From Macrostomum lignano (lineage: Eukaryota), in NCBI GenBank assembly GCA_002269645.1, contig NIVC01001589.1, forward strand, positions 1-64,000: 64,000 nt of DNA, in the 5' to 3' direction. This document shows positions 46,480 to 61,214 of the stretch, one piece after another; position 1 is the stretch's first letter, and every line of letters begins with the position of its first letter. The notes beneath the pieces are model-generated. The model saw nothing but the letters and a program-made list of their open reading frames with translations. It did no database searches and had not been told where the DNA came from. Both the position numbers and the translations under genes were made by a program.

Positions 46480-49400
46480 AAACTCACTGATTAAAACACA
46501 CAAACTCACTTACAAACACACACAAACTCACTGACTACAAGTAAACACACACAAACTCACTGACTAAGGTAAACACACACAAACTCACTGACTACAAGGT
46601 AAACACACACAAACTCACTGACTACAAGGTAAACACACAAAACTCACTGACCAGGTAAACACACACAACTCACTGACTACAAGGTAAACACACACAAACT
46701 CACTGACTACAAGAAACTACTGACTACAAGTAAACACACACAAACTCACTGACTACAAGGTAAACACACACAAACTCACTGACTACAAGGTAAACACACA
46801 CAAACTCACTGACTACAAGGTAAACACACACAAACTCACTGACTACAAGGTAAACACACACAAACTCACTGACTACAAAAACACACACAAACTCACTGAC
46901 TACAAGGTAAACACACACAAACTCACTGACTACAAGGTAAACACACACAAACTCACTGACTACAAGGTAAACACACACAAACTCACTGACTACAAGGTAA
47001 ACACACACAAACTCACTGACTACAAGGTAAACACACACAAACTCACTGACTACAAGGTAAACACACACAAACTCACTGACTACAAGGTAAACACACACAA
47101 ACTCACTGACTACAAGTAAACACACACAAACTCACTGACTACAAGGTAAACACACACAAACTCACTGACTACAAGGTAAACACACACAAACTCACTGACT
47201 ACAAGGTAAACACACACAAACTCACTGACTACAAGGTAAACACACACAAACTCACTGACTACAAGGTAAACACACACAAACTCACTGACTACAAGGTAAA
47301 CACACACAAACTCACTGACTACAAGGTAAACACACACAAACTCACTGACTACAAGGTAAACACACACAAACTCACTGACTACAAGGTAAACACACACAAA
47401 CTCACTGACTACAAGGTAAACACACACAAACTCACTGACTACAAGGTAAACACACACAAACTCACTGACTACAAGGTAAACACACACAAACTCACTGACT
47501 ACAAGGTAAACACACACAAACTCACTGACTACAAGGTAAACACACACAAACTCACTGACTACAAGGTAAACACACACAAACTCACTGACTACAAGGTAAA
47601 CACACACAAACTCACTGACTACAAGGTAAACACACACAAACTCACTGACTACAAGGTAAACACACACAAACTCACTGACTACAAGGTAAACACACACAAA
47701 CTCACTGACTACAAGGTAAACACACACAAACTCACTGACTACAAGGTAAACACACACAAACTCACTGACTACAAGGTAAACACACACAAACTCACTGACT
47801 ACAAGGTAAACACACACAAACTCACTGACTACAAGGTAAACACACACAAACTCACTGACTACAAGGTAAACACACACAAACTCACTGACTACAAGGTAAA
47901 CACACACAAACTCACTGACTACAAGGTAAACACACACAAACTCACTGACTACAAGGTAAACACACACAAACTCACTGACTACAAGGTAAACACACACAAA
48001 CTCACTGACTACAAGGTAAACACACACAAACTCACTGACTACAAGGTAAACACACACAAACTCACTGACTACAAGGTAAACACACACAAACTCACTGACT
48101 ACAAGGTAAACACACACAAACTCACTGACTACAAGGTAAACACACACAAACTCACTGACTACAAGGTAAACACACACAAACTCACTGACTACAAGGTAAA
48201 CACACACAAACTCACTGACTACAAGGTAAACACACACAAACTCACTGACTACAAGGTAAACACACACAAACTCACTGACTACAAGGTAAACACACACAAA
48301 CTCACTGACTACAAGGTAAACACACACAAACTCACTGACTACAAGGTAAACACACACAAACTCACTGACTACAAGGTAAACACACACAAACTCACTGACT
48401 ACAAGGTAAACACACACAAACTCACTGACTACAAGGTAAACACACACAAACTCACTGACTACAAGGTAAACACACACAAACTCACTGACTACAAGGTAAA
48501 CACACACAAACTCACTGACTACAAGGTAAACACACACAAACTCACTGACTACAAGGTAAACACACACAAACTCACTGACTACAAGGTAAACACACACAAA
48601 CTCACTGACTACAAGGTAAACACACACAAACTCACTGACTACAAGGTAAACACACACAAACTCACTGACTACAAGGTAAACACACACAAACTCACTGACT
48701 ACAAGGTAAACACACACAAACTCACTGACTACAAGGTAAACACACACAAACTCACTGACTACAAGGTAAACACACACAAACTCACTGACTACAAGGTAAA
48801 CACACACAAACTCACTGACTACAAGGTAAACACACACAAACTCACTGACTACAAGGTAAACACACACAAACTCACTGACTACAAGGTAAACACACACAAA
48901 CTCACTGACTACAAGGTAAACACACACAAACTCACTGACTACAAGGTAAACACACACAAACTCACTGACTACAAGGTAAACACACACAAACTCACTGACT
49001 ACAAGGTAAACACACACAAACTCACTGACTACAAGGTAAACACACACAAACTCACTGACTACAAGGTAAACACACACAAACTCACTGACTACAAGGTAAA
49101 CACACACAAACTCACTGACTACAAGGTAAACACACACAAACTCACTGACTACAAGGTAAACACACACAAACTCACTGACTACAAGGTAAACACACACAAA
49201 CTCACTGACTACAAGGTAAACACACACAAACTCACTGACTACAAGGTAAACACACACAAACTCACTGACTACAAGGTAAACACACACAAACTCACTGACT
49301 ACAAGGTAAACACACACAAACTCACTGACTACAAGGTAAACACACACAAACTCACTGACTACAAGGTAAACACACACAAACTCACTGACTACAAGGTAAA

Positions 49401-52400
49401 CACACACAAACTCACTGACTACAAGGTAAACACACACAAACTCACTGACTACAAGGTAAACACACACAAACTCACTGACTACAAGGTAAACACACACAAA
49501 CTCACTGACTACAAGGTAAACACACACAAACTCACTGACTACAAGGTAAACACACACAAACTCACTGACTACAAGGTAAACACACACAAACTCACTGACT
49601 ACAAGGTAAACACACACAAACTCACTGACTACAAGGTAAACACACACAAACTCACTGACTACAAGGTAAACACACACAAACTCACTGACTACAAGGTAAA
49701 CACACACAAACTCACTGACTACAAGGTAAACACACACAAACTCACTGACTACAAGGTAAACACACACAAACTCACTGACTACAAGGTAAACACACACAAA
49801 CTCACTGACTACAAGGTAAACACACACAAACTCACTGACTACAAGGTAAACACACACAAACTCACTGACTACAAGGTAAACACACACAAACTCACTGACT
49901 ACAAGGTAAACACACACAAACTCACTGACTACAAGGTAAACACACACAAACTCACTGACTACAAGGTAAACACACACAAACTCACTGACTACAAGGTAAA
50001 CACACACAAACTCACTGACTACAAGGTAAACACACACAAACTCACTGACTACAAGGTAAACACACACAAACTCACTGACTACAAGGTAAACACACACAAA
50101 CTCACTGACTACAAGGTAAACACACACAAACTCACTGACTACAAGGTAAACACACACAAACTCACTGACTACAAGGTAAACACACACAAACTCACTGACT
50201 ACAAGGTAAACACACACAAACTCACTGACTACAAGGTAAACACACACAAACTCACTGACTACAAGGTAAACACACACAAACTCACTGACTACAAGGTAAA
50301 CACACACAAACTCACTGACTACAAGGTAAACACACACAAACTCACTGACTACAAGGTAAACACACACAAACTCACTGACTACAAGGTAAACACACACAAA
50401 CTCACTGACTACAAGGTAAACACACACAAACTCACTGACTACAAGGTAAACACACACAAACTCACTGACTACAAGGTAAACACACACAAACTCACTGACT
50501 ACAAGGTAAACACACACAAACTCACTGACTACAAGGTAAACACACACAAACTCACTGACTACAAGGTAAACACACACAAACTCACTGACTACAAGGTAAA
50601 CACACACAAACTCACTGACTACAAGGTAAACACACACAAACTCACTGACTACAAGGTAAACACACACAAACTCACTGACTACAAGGTAAACACACACAAA
50701 CTCACTGACTACAAGGTAAACACACACAAACTCACTGACTACAAGGTAAACACACACAAACTCACTGACTACAAGGTAAACACACACAAACTCACTGACT
50801 ACAAGGTAAACACACACAAACTCACTGACTACAAGGTAAACACACACAAACTCACTGACTACAAGGTAAACACACACAAACTCACTGACTACAAGGTAAA
50901 CACACACAAACTCACTGACTACAAGGTAAACACACACAAACTCACTGACTACAAGGTAAACACACACAAACTCACTGACTACAAGGTAAACACACACAAA
51001 CTCACTGACTACAAGGTAAACACACACAAACTCACTGACTACAAGGTAAACACACACAAACTCACTGACTACAAGGTAAACACACACAAACTCACTGACT
51101 ACAAGGTAAACACACACAAACTCACTGACTACAAGGTAAACACACACAAACTCACTGACTACAAGGTAAACACACACAAACTCACTGACTACAAGGTAAA
51201 CACACACAAACTCACTGACTACAAGGTAAACACACACAAACTCACTGACTACAAGGTAAACACACACAAACTCACTGACTACAAGGTAAACACACACAAA
51301 CTCACTGACTACAAGGTAAACACACACAAACTCACTGACTACAAGGTAAACACACACAAACTCACTGACTACAAGGTAAACACACACAAACTCACTGACT
51401 ACAAGGTAAACACACACAAACTCACTGACTACAAGGTAAACACACACAAACTCACTGACTACAAGGTAAACACACACAAACTCACTGACTACAAGGTAAA
51501 CACACACAAACTCACTGACTACAAGGTAAACACACACAAACTCACTGACTACAAGGTAAACACACACAAACTCACTGACTACAAGGTAAACACACACAAA
51601 CTCACTGACTACAAGGTAAACACACACAAACTCACTGACTACAAGGTAAACACACACAAACTCACTGACTACAAGGTAAACACACACAAACTCACTGACT
51701 ACAAGGTAAACACACACAAACTCACTGACTACAAGGTAAACACACACAAACTCACTGACTACAAGGTAAACACACACAAACTCACTGACTACAAGGTAAA
51801 CACACACAAACTCACTGACTACAAGGTAAACACACACAAACTCACTGACTACAAGGTAAACACACACAAACTCACTGACTACAAGGTAAACACACACAAA
51901 CTCACTGACTACAAGGTAAACACACACAAACTCACTGACTACAAGGTAAACACACACAAACTCACTGACTACAAGGTAAACACACACAAACTCACTGACT
52001 ACAAGGTAAACACACACAAACTCACTGACTACAAGGTAAACACACACAAACTCACTGACTACAAGGTAAACACACACAAACTCACTGACTACAAGGTAAA
52101 CACACACAAACTCACTGACTACAAGGTAAACACACACAAACTCACTGACTACAAGGTAAACACACACAAACTCACTGACTACAAGGTAAACACACACAAA
52201 CTCACTGACTACAAGGTAAACACACACAAACTCACTGACTACAAGGTAAACACACACAAACTCACTGACTACAAGGTAAACACACACAAACTCACTGACT
52301 ACAAGGTAAACACACACAAACTCACTGACTACAAGGTAAACACACACAAACTCACTGACTACAAGGTAAACACACACAAACTCACTGACTACAAGGTAAA

Positions 52401-55400
52401 CACACACAAACTCACTGACTACAAGGTAAACACACACAAACTCACTGACTACAAGGTAAACACACACAAACTCACTGACTACAAGGTAAACACACACAAA
52501 CTCACTGACTACAAGGTAAACACACACAAACTCACTGACTACAAGGTAAACACACACAAACTCACTGACTACAAGGTAAACACACACAAACTCACTGACT
52601 ACAAGGTAAACACACACAAACTCACTGACTACAAGGTAAACACACACAAACTCACTGACTACAAGGTAAACACACACAAACTCACTGACTACAAGGTAAA
52701 CACACACAAACTCACTGACTACAAGGTAAACACACACAAACTCACTGACTACAAGGTAAACACACACAAACTCACTGACTACAAGGTAAACACACACAAA
52801 CTCACTGACTACAAGGTAAACACACACAAACTCACTGACTACAAGGTAAACACACACAAACTCACTGACTACAAGGTAAACACACACAAACTCACTGACT
52901 ACAAGGTAAACACACACAAACTCACTGACTACAAGGTAAACACACACAAACTCACTGACTACAAGGTAAACACACACAAACTCACTGACTACAAGGTAAA
53001 CACACACAAACTCACTGACTACAAGGTAAACACACACAAACTCACTGACTACAAGGTAAACACACACAAACTCACTGACTACAAGGTAAACACACACAAA
53101 CTCACTGACTACAAGGTAAACACACACAAACTCACTGACTACAAGGTAAACACACACAAACTCACTGACTACAAGGTAAACACACACAAACTCACTGACT
53201 ACAAGGTAAACACACACAAACTCACTGACTACAAGGTAAACACACACAAACTCACTGACTACAAGGTAAACACACACAAACTCACTGACTACAAGGTAAA
53301 CACACACAAACTCACTGACTACAAGGTAAACACACACAAACTCACTGACTACAAGGTAAACACACACAAACTCACTGACTACAAGGTAAACACACACAAA
53401 CTCACTGACTACAAGGTAAACACACACAAACTCACTGACTACAAGGTAAACACACACAAACTCACTGACTACAAGGTAAACACACACAAACTCACTGACT
53501 ACAAGGTAAACACACACAAACTCACTGACTACAAGGTAAACACACACAAACTCACTGACTACAAGGTAAACACACACAAACTCACTGACTACAAGGTAAA
53601 CACACACAAACTCACTGACTACAAGGTAAACACACACAAACTCACTGACTACAAGGTAAACACACACAAACTCACTGACTACAAGGTAAACACACACAAA
53701 CTCACTGACTACAAGGTAAACACACACAAACTCACTGACTACAAGGTAAACACACACAAACTCACTGACTACAAGGTAAACACACACAAACTCACTGACT
53801 ACAAGGTAAACACACACAAACTCACTGACTACAAGGTAAACACACACAAACTCACTGACTACAAGGTAAACACACACAAACTCACTGACTACAAGGTAAA
53901 CACACACAAACTCACTGACTACAAGGTAAACACACACAAACTCACTGACTACAAGGTAAACACACACAAACTCACTGACTACAAGGTAAACACACACAAA
54001 CTCACTGACTACAAGGTAAACACACACAAACTCACTGACTACAAGGTAAACACACACAAACTCACTGACTACAAGGTAAACACACACAAACTCACTGACT
54101 ACAAGGTAAACACACACAAACTCACTGACTACAAGGTAAACACACACAAACTCACTGACTACAAGGTAAACACACACAAACTCACTGACTACAAGGTAAA
54201 CACACACAAACTCACTGACTACAAGGTAAACACACACAAACTCACTGACTACAAGGTAAACACACACAAACTCACTGACTACAAGGTAAACACACACAAA
54301 CTCACTGACTACAAGGTAAACACACACAAACTCACTGACTACAAGGTAAACACACACAAACTCACTGACTACAAGGTAAACACACACAAACTCACTGACT
54401 ACAAGGTAAACACACACAAACTCACTGACTACAAGGTAAACACACACAAACTCACTGACTACAAGGTAAACACACACAAACTCACTGACTACAAGGTAAA
54501 CACACACAAACTCACTGACTACAAGGTAAACACACACAAACTCACTGACTACAAGGTAAACACACACAAACTCACTGACTACAAGGTAAACACACACAAA
54601 CTCACTGACTACAAGGTAAACACACACAAACTCACTGACTACAAGGTAAACACACACAAACTCACTGACTACAAGGTAAACACACACAAACTCACTGACT
54701 ACAAGGTAAACACACACAAACTCACTGACTACAAGGTAAACACACACAAACTCACTGACTACAAGGTAAACACACACAAACTCACTGACTACAAGGTAAA
54801 CACACACAAACTCACTGACTACAAGGTAAACACACACAAACTCACTGACTACAAGGTAAACACACACAAACTCACTGACTACAAGGTAAACACACACAAA
54901 CTCACTGACTACAAGGTAAACACACACAAACTCACTGACTACAAGGTAAACACACACAAACTCACTGACTACAAGGTAAACACACACAAACTCACTGACT
55001 ACAAGGTAAACACACACAAACTCACTGACTACAAGGTAAACACACACAAACTCACTGACTACAAGGTAAACACACACAAACTCACTGACTACAAGGTAAA
55101 CACACACAAACTCACTGACTACAAGGTAAACACACACAAACTCACTGACTACAAGGTAAACACACACAAACTCACTGACTACAAGGTAAACACACACAAA
55201 CTCACTGACTACAAGGTAAACACACACAAACTCACTGACTACAAGGTAAACACACACAAACTCACTGACTACAAGGTAAACACACACAAACTCACTGACT
55301 ACAAGGTAAACACACACAAACTCACTGACTACAAGGTAAACACACACAAACTCACTGACTACAAGGTAAACACACACAAACTCACTGACTACAAGGTAAA

Positions 55401-58400
55401 CACACACAAACTCACTGACTACAAGGTAAACACACACAAACTCACTGACTACAAGGTAAACACACACAAACTCACTGACTACAAGGTAAACACACACAAA
55501 CTCACTGACTACAAGGTAAACACACACAAACTCACTGACTACAAGGTAAACACACACAAACTCACTGACTACAAGGTAAACACACACAAACTCACTGACT
55601 ACAAGGTAAACACACACAAACTCACTGACTACAAGGTAAACACACACAAACTCACTGACTACAAGGTAAACACACACAAACTCACTGACTACAAGGTAAA
55701 CACACACAAACTCACTGACTACAAGGTAAACACACACAAACTCACTGACTACAAGGTAAACACACACAAACTCACTGACTACAAGGTAAACACACACAAA
55801 CTCACTGACTACAAGGTAAACACACACAAACTCACTGACTACAAGGTAAACACACACAAACTCACTGACTACAAGGTAAACACACACAAACTCACTGACT
55901 ACAAGGTAAACACACACAAACTCACTGACTACAAGGTAAACACACACAAACTCACTGACTACAAGGTAAACACACACAAACTCACTGACTACAAGGTAAA
56001 CACACACAAACTCACTGACTACAAGGTAAACACACACAAACTCACTGACTACAAGGTAAACACACACAAACTCACTGACTACAAGGTAAACACACACAAA
56101 CTCACTGACTACAAGGTAAACACACACAAACTCACTGACTACAAGGTAAACACACACAAACTCACTGACTACAAGGTAAACACACACAAACTCACTGACT
56201 ACAAGGTAAACACACACAAACTCACTGACTACAAGGTAAACACACACAAACTCACTGACTACAAGGTAAACACACACAAACTCACTGACTACAAGGTAAA
56301 CACACACAAACTCACTGACTACAAGGTAAACACACACAAACTCACTGACTACAAGGTAAACACACACAAACTCACTGACTACAAGGTAAACACACACAAA
56401 CTCACTGACTACAAGGTAAACACACACAAACTCACTGACTACAAGGTAAACACACACAAACTCACTGACTACAAGGTAAACACACACAAACTCACTGACT
56501 ACAAGGTAAACACACACAAACTCACTGACTACAAGGTAAACACACACAAACTCACTGACTACAAGGTAAACACACACAAACTCACTGACTACAAGGTAAA
56601 CACACACAAACTCACTGACTACAAGGTAAACACACACAAACTCACTGACTACAAGGTAAACACACACAAACTCACTGACTACAAGGTAAACACACACAAA
56701 CTCACTGACTACAAGGTAAACACACACAAACTCACTGACTACAAGGTAAACACACACAAACTCACTGACTACAAGGTAAACACACACAAACTCACTGACT
56801 ACAAGGTAAACACACACAAACTCACTGACTACAAGGTAAACACACACAAACTCACTGACTACAAGGTAAACACACACAAACTCACTGACTACAAGGTAAA
56901 CACACACAAACTCACTGACTACAAGGTAAACACACACAAACTCACTGACTACAAGGTAAACACACACAAACTCACTGACTACAAGGTAAACACACACAAA
57001 CTCACTGACTACAAGGTAAACACACACAAACTCACTGACTACAAGGTAAACACACACAAACTCACTGACTACAAGGTAAACACACACAAACTCACTGACT
57101 ACAAGGTAAACACACACAAACTCACTGACTACAAGGTAAACACACACAAACTCACTGACTACAAGGTAAACACACACAAACTCACTGACTACAAGGTAAA
57201 CACACACAAACTCACTGACTACAAGGTAAACACACACAAACTCACTGACTACAAGGTAAACACACACAAACTCACTGACTACAAGGTAAACACACACAAA
57301 CTCACTGACTACAAGGTAAACACACACAAACTCACTGACTACAAGGTAAACACACACAAACTCACTGACTACAAGGTAAACACACACAAACTCACTGACT
57401 ACAAGGTAAACACACACAAACTCACTGACTACAAGGTAAACACACACAAACTCACTGACTACAAGGTAAACACACACAAACTCACTGACTACAAGGTAAA
57501 CACACACAAACTCACTGACTACAAGGTAAACACACACAAACTCACTGACTACAAGGTAAAACACACACAAACTCACTGACTACAAGGTAAACACACACAA
57601 ACTCACTGACTACAAGGTAAACACACACAAACTCACTGACTACAAGGTAAACACACACAAACTCACTGACTACAAGGTAAACACACACAAACTCACTGAC
57701 TACAAGGTAAACACACACAAACTCACTGACTACAAGGTAAACACACACAAACTCACTGACTACAAGGTAAACACACACAAACTCACTGACTACAAGGTAA
57801 ACACACACAAACTCACTGACTACAAGGTAAACACACACAAACTCACTGACTACAAGGTAAACACACACAAACTCACTGACTACAAGGTAAACACACACAA
57901 ACTCACTGACTACAAGGTAAACACACACAAACTCACTGACTACAAGGTAAACACACACAAACTCACTGACTACAAGGTAAACACACACAAACTCACTGAC
58001 TACAAGGTAAACACACACAAACTCACTGACTACAAGGTAAACACACACAAACTCACTGACTACAAGGTAAACACACACAAACTCACTGACTACAAGGTAA
58101 ACACACACAAACTCACTGACTACAAGGTAAACACACACAAACTCACTGACTACAAGGTAAAACACACAAACTCACTGACTACAAGGTAAAACACACACAA
58201 ACTCACTGACTACAAGGTAAACACACACAAACTCACTGACTACAAGGTAAACACATACAAACTCACTGACTACAAGGTAAACACACACAAACTCACTGAC
58301 TACAAGGTAAAACACACACAAACTCACTGACTACAAGGTAAACACACACAAACTCACTGACTACAAGGTAAACGCACACAAACTCACTGACTACAAGGTA

Positions 58401-59563
58401 AACACACACAAACTCACTGACTACAAGGTAAACGCACACAAACTCACTGACTACAAGGTAAACACACACAAACTCACTGACTACAAGGTAAACGCACACA
58501 AACTCACTGACTACAAGGTAAACACACACAAACTCACTGACTACAAGGTAAAACACACACAAACTCACTGACTACAAGGTAAACGCACACAAACTCACTG
58601 ACTACAAGGTAAAACACACACAAACTCACTGACTACAAGGTAAACGCACACAAACTCACTGACTACAAGGTAAACACACACAAACTCACTGACTACAAGG
58701 TAAACACACACAAACTCACTGACTACAAGGTAAAACACACACAAACTCACTGACTACAAGTTAAACACACACAAACTCACTGACTACAAGGTAAAACACA
58801 CACAAACTCACTGACTACAAGGTAAACACACACAAACTCACTGACTACAAGGTAAACACACACAAACTCACTGACTACAAGGTAAACACACACAAACTCA
58901 CTGACTACAAGGTAAACACACACAAACTCACTGACTACAAGCTAAAACACACACAAACTCACTGACTACAAGGTAAACACACACAAACTCACTGACTACA
59001 AGGTAAACACACACAAACTCACTGACTACAAGGTAAACACACACAAACTCACTGACTACAAGGTAAACACACACAAACTCACTGACTACAAGGTAAAACA
59101 CACACAAACTCACTGACTACAAGGTAAAGCGCACACAAACTCACTGACTACAAGGTAAACACACACAAACTCACTGACTACAAGTAAAACACACACAAAC
59201 TCACTGACTACAAGGTAAACACACACAAACTCACTGACTACAAGGTAAACACACACAAACTCACTGACTACAAGGTAAACACACACAAACTCACTGACTA
59301 CAAGCTAAAACACACACAAACTCACTGACTACAAGGTAAACACACACAAACTCACTGACTACAAGGTAAACACACACAAACTCACTGACTACAAGGTAAA
59401 ACACACAAACTCACTGACTACAAGGTAAAACACACACAAACTCACTGACTACAAGGTAAAACACACACAAACTCACTGACTACAAGGTAAACACACACAA
59501 ACTCATTGACTACAAGGTAAACACACACAAACTCACTGACTACAAGGTAAAACACACACAAAC
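46480..59563. repeat. 30-bp satellite (CTCACTGACTACAAGGTAAACACACACAAA), ~13 kb, roughly 430 copies
   Basis: Two identical units per 60-nt line from ~47121 to ~57555; only small indel and substitution variants at the edges. Confidence 0.99.
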
Positions 59564-59578
59564 GCATTGCCACGTCAG

Positions 59579-59756
59579 GTGGACGCGATTTACTATTCCA
59601 ATAGCTTCTACCAATGTTCCTTCGTCTGCCGATCATCTGGTTCTACCAGACCTCCATGACCATAAGCTGGAACCGTCTCAGAAAGCAGCTGTTTTCCTAT
59701 CCGAACTCCTCCGGCATCTGTCGAGCGGAGACTCGGAACTTACGGTTACCGAGCTC
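59579..59756 (+). other. Candidate orphan coding exon immediately after the satellite
   Basis: Acceptor CCACGTCAG and donor GTGAGG; 1+59 open codons WTRFTIPIASTNVPSSADHLVLPDLHDHKLEPSQKAAVFLSELLRHLSSGDSELTVTEL; no family recognised. Confidence 0.3.
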
Positions 59757-60309
59757 GTGAGGAATAGAGAGGGGAGGAGGAGGAGGAAATGCGAGATGAT
59801 TAGAGAGAGAAATGGAAATAAGAGGGGAGAGGAGAGACGAGAGCTGAGAAGAGACACAAACCCTGCGAGCGGGCCGGATTGCTATTGTGAAGGTTCAGAG
59901 GACCCGATGGCCGAATAGAGAGGCTTCGAGGGTCGGAGTTGGCCAATCCCTGGCTCCCTTCTCAGCTGTGAAAGGCTTTACATAGCGGAGGGTTAACATG
60001 GCTGCAATTGTCTATGACCAGACCTATTTTAGGTGCTATTTTTAGAACTCCATGGCCGTCGTGAACCAGGGACTTTTAGAAATAGCACCGCTGGACTGGA
60101 AGCCAGAATAAAGCTGGGGAGCAGAGCAGATCAGAACAAGTGAGGGGTGATTTTTAACTGGCAGCAGGCTAGCGCATTCCACTGGATTGTTAAAATTATT
60201 TGCTTACTTGTAGTTTGAGTTGAATGTCGCGTTTAAAATGGAGCGTAAAATGGTGAGGCATGCAATCCTGTGGGCTGCATGGCGATCACGCACCAGCGGG
60301 TATTGATTT

Positions 60310-60960
60310 ATCCTTTTTGATACCCTTTCCTAGAAGGGGTTTCAAAAAAACAGGAAAAAATCCTTTCCACAGAAATCTTTGTTGTTAAAACGAGGTGCCG
60401 TAAAACTCGGCGCGGATCAGTTTCGAAGAACTCTGCCGCATTACATTTTTATTAAAAGGTGAATTTACAGGTGAATTCGATTCAGATATTAACGTATATT
60501 GTAGTAAAATTTTAATGAATCCGAAAAACTATTTTTAAATATTTGGCATTTTTCGTCGCCAAAAAAGAAGCGAGGCGAAAAATCCCTCACAGAGAAGGGA
60601 TCCTCTGTGTACAAGAAATTGTGGAGTAATTACTTTTGATTTCATTAGTACCCCTTCTTGGAAGGGGTTTCACAAATCAGGGAACACTCATTGAATGTTC
60701 CTCTCCACGGAAATCTTTGTTAAAACGAGGTGCCGTCGAAACCGGCGCGGGTCAGTTCCGAAGAACTCTGCCGCAGTTATATTTTGTATTTGATCGAAAG
60801 AATTAAAAATATTTACAAGATTTCGATTTGAATATTTATACGAATATTGAAATTAAAAATATACATATATAAAACTTTTTTTCAATATTTTGCAGTATTT
60901 TGCACGCATTTGGGGATAAAAAAGAGGGGAGGGGAATCCCACACAAAGAAGGGATCTAAT
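60310..60960 (+). repeat. Two diverged ~330-350-bp tandem units sharing a multi-hairpin core
   Basis: AAACGAGGTGCCG.7.CGGCGCGG.TCAGTT.CGAAGAACTCTGCCGCA at ~60388 and ~60723; AATCCC.CACA.AGAAGGGATC at ~60580 and ~60935. Confidence 0.75.
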
Positions 60961-61214
60961 AAAAACAGGACATCTAAAAAATACGTGCTGATATTTGAAG
61001 GCCTATTGAGAGTAAAAGCAAGACATTTAAGTAAAAAATAGAGATTAAAAATGCAATAGCGCATATTTGAATTTAGTTGTAAAAATAGAATGAATATAGT
61101 AAAGGTGTAAAAAAGCAATTAGTGATATTTGTAGAGCAGTTGGGTAAAAAACACAGTTGGGAAAATTGTAAAAAGAAACGCGAGGAGACATAGAGATTAC
61201 CTAATCAGTCCTAA

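Noticed and set aside
47110-57576. 3488-aa ORF (VYLVVSEFVC)n and its continuations to 59636
   Set aside because: A 30-bp unit is a multiple of 3 and lacks a stop in this minus frame; no unique domain or credible start, so it is an artefact of the satellite
2778-59563. CRISPR-like appearance of 23-36-bp repeats
   Set aside because: Units are directly adjacent with no unique spacers, there are no cas genes, and the context is eukaryotic
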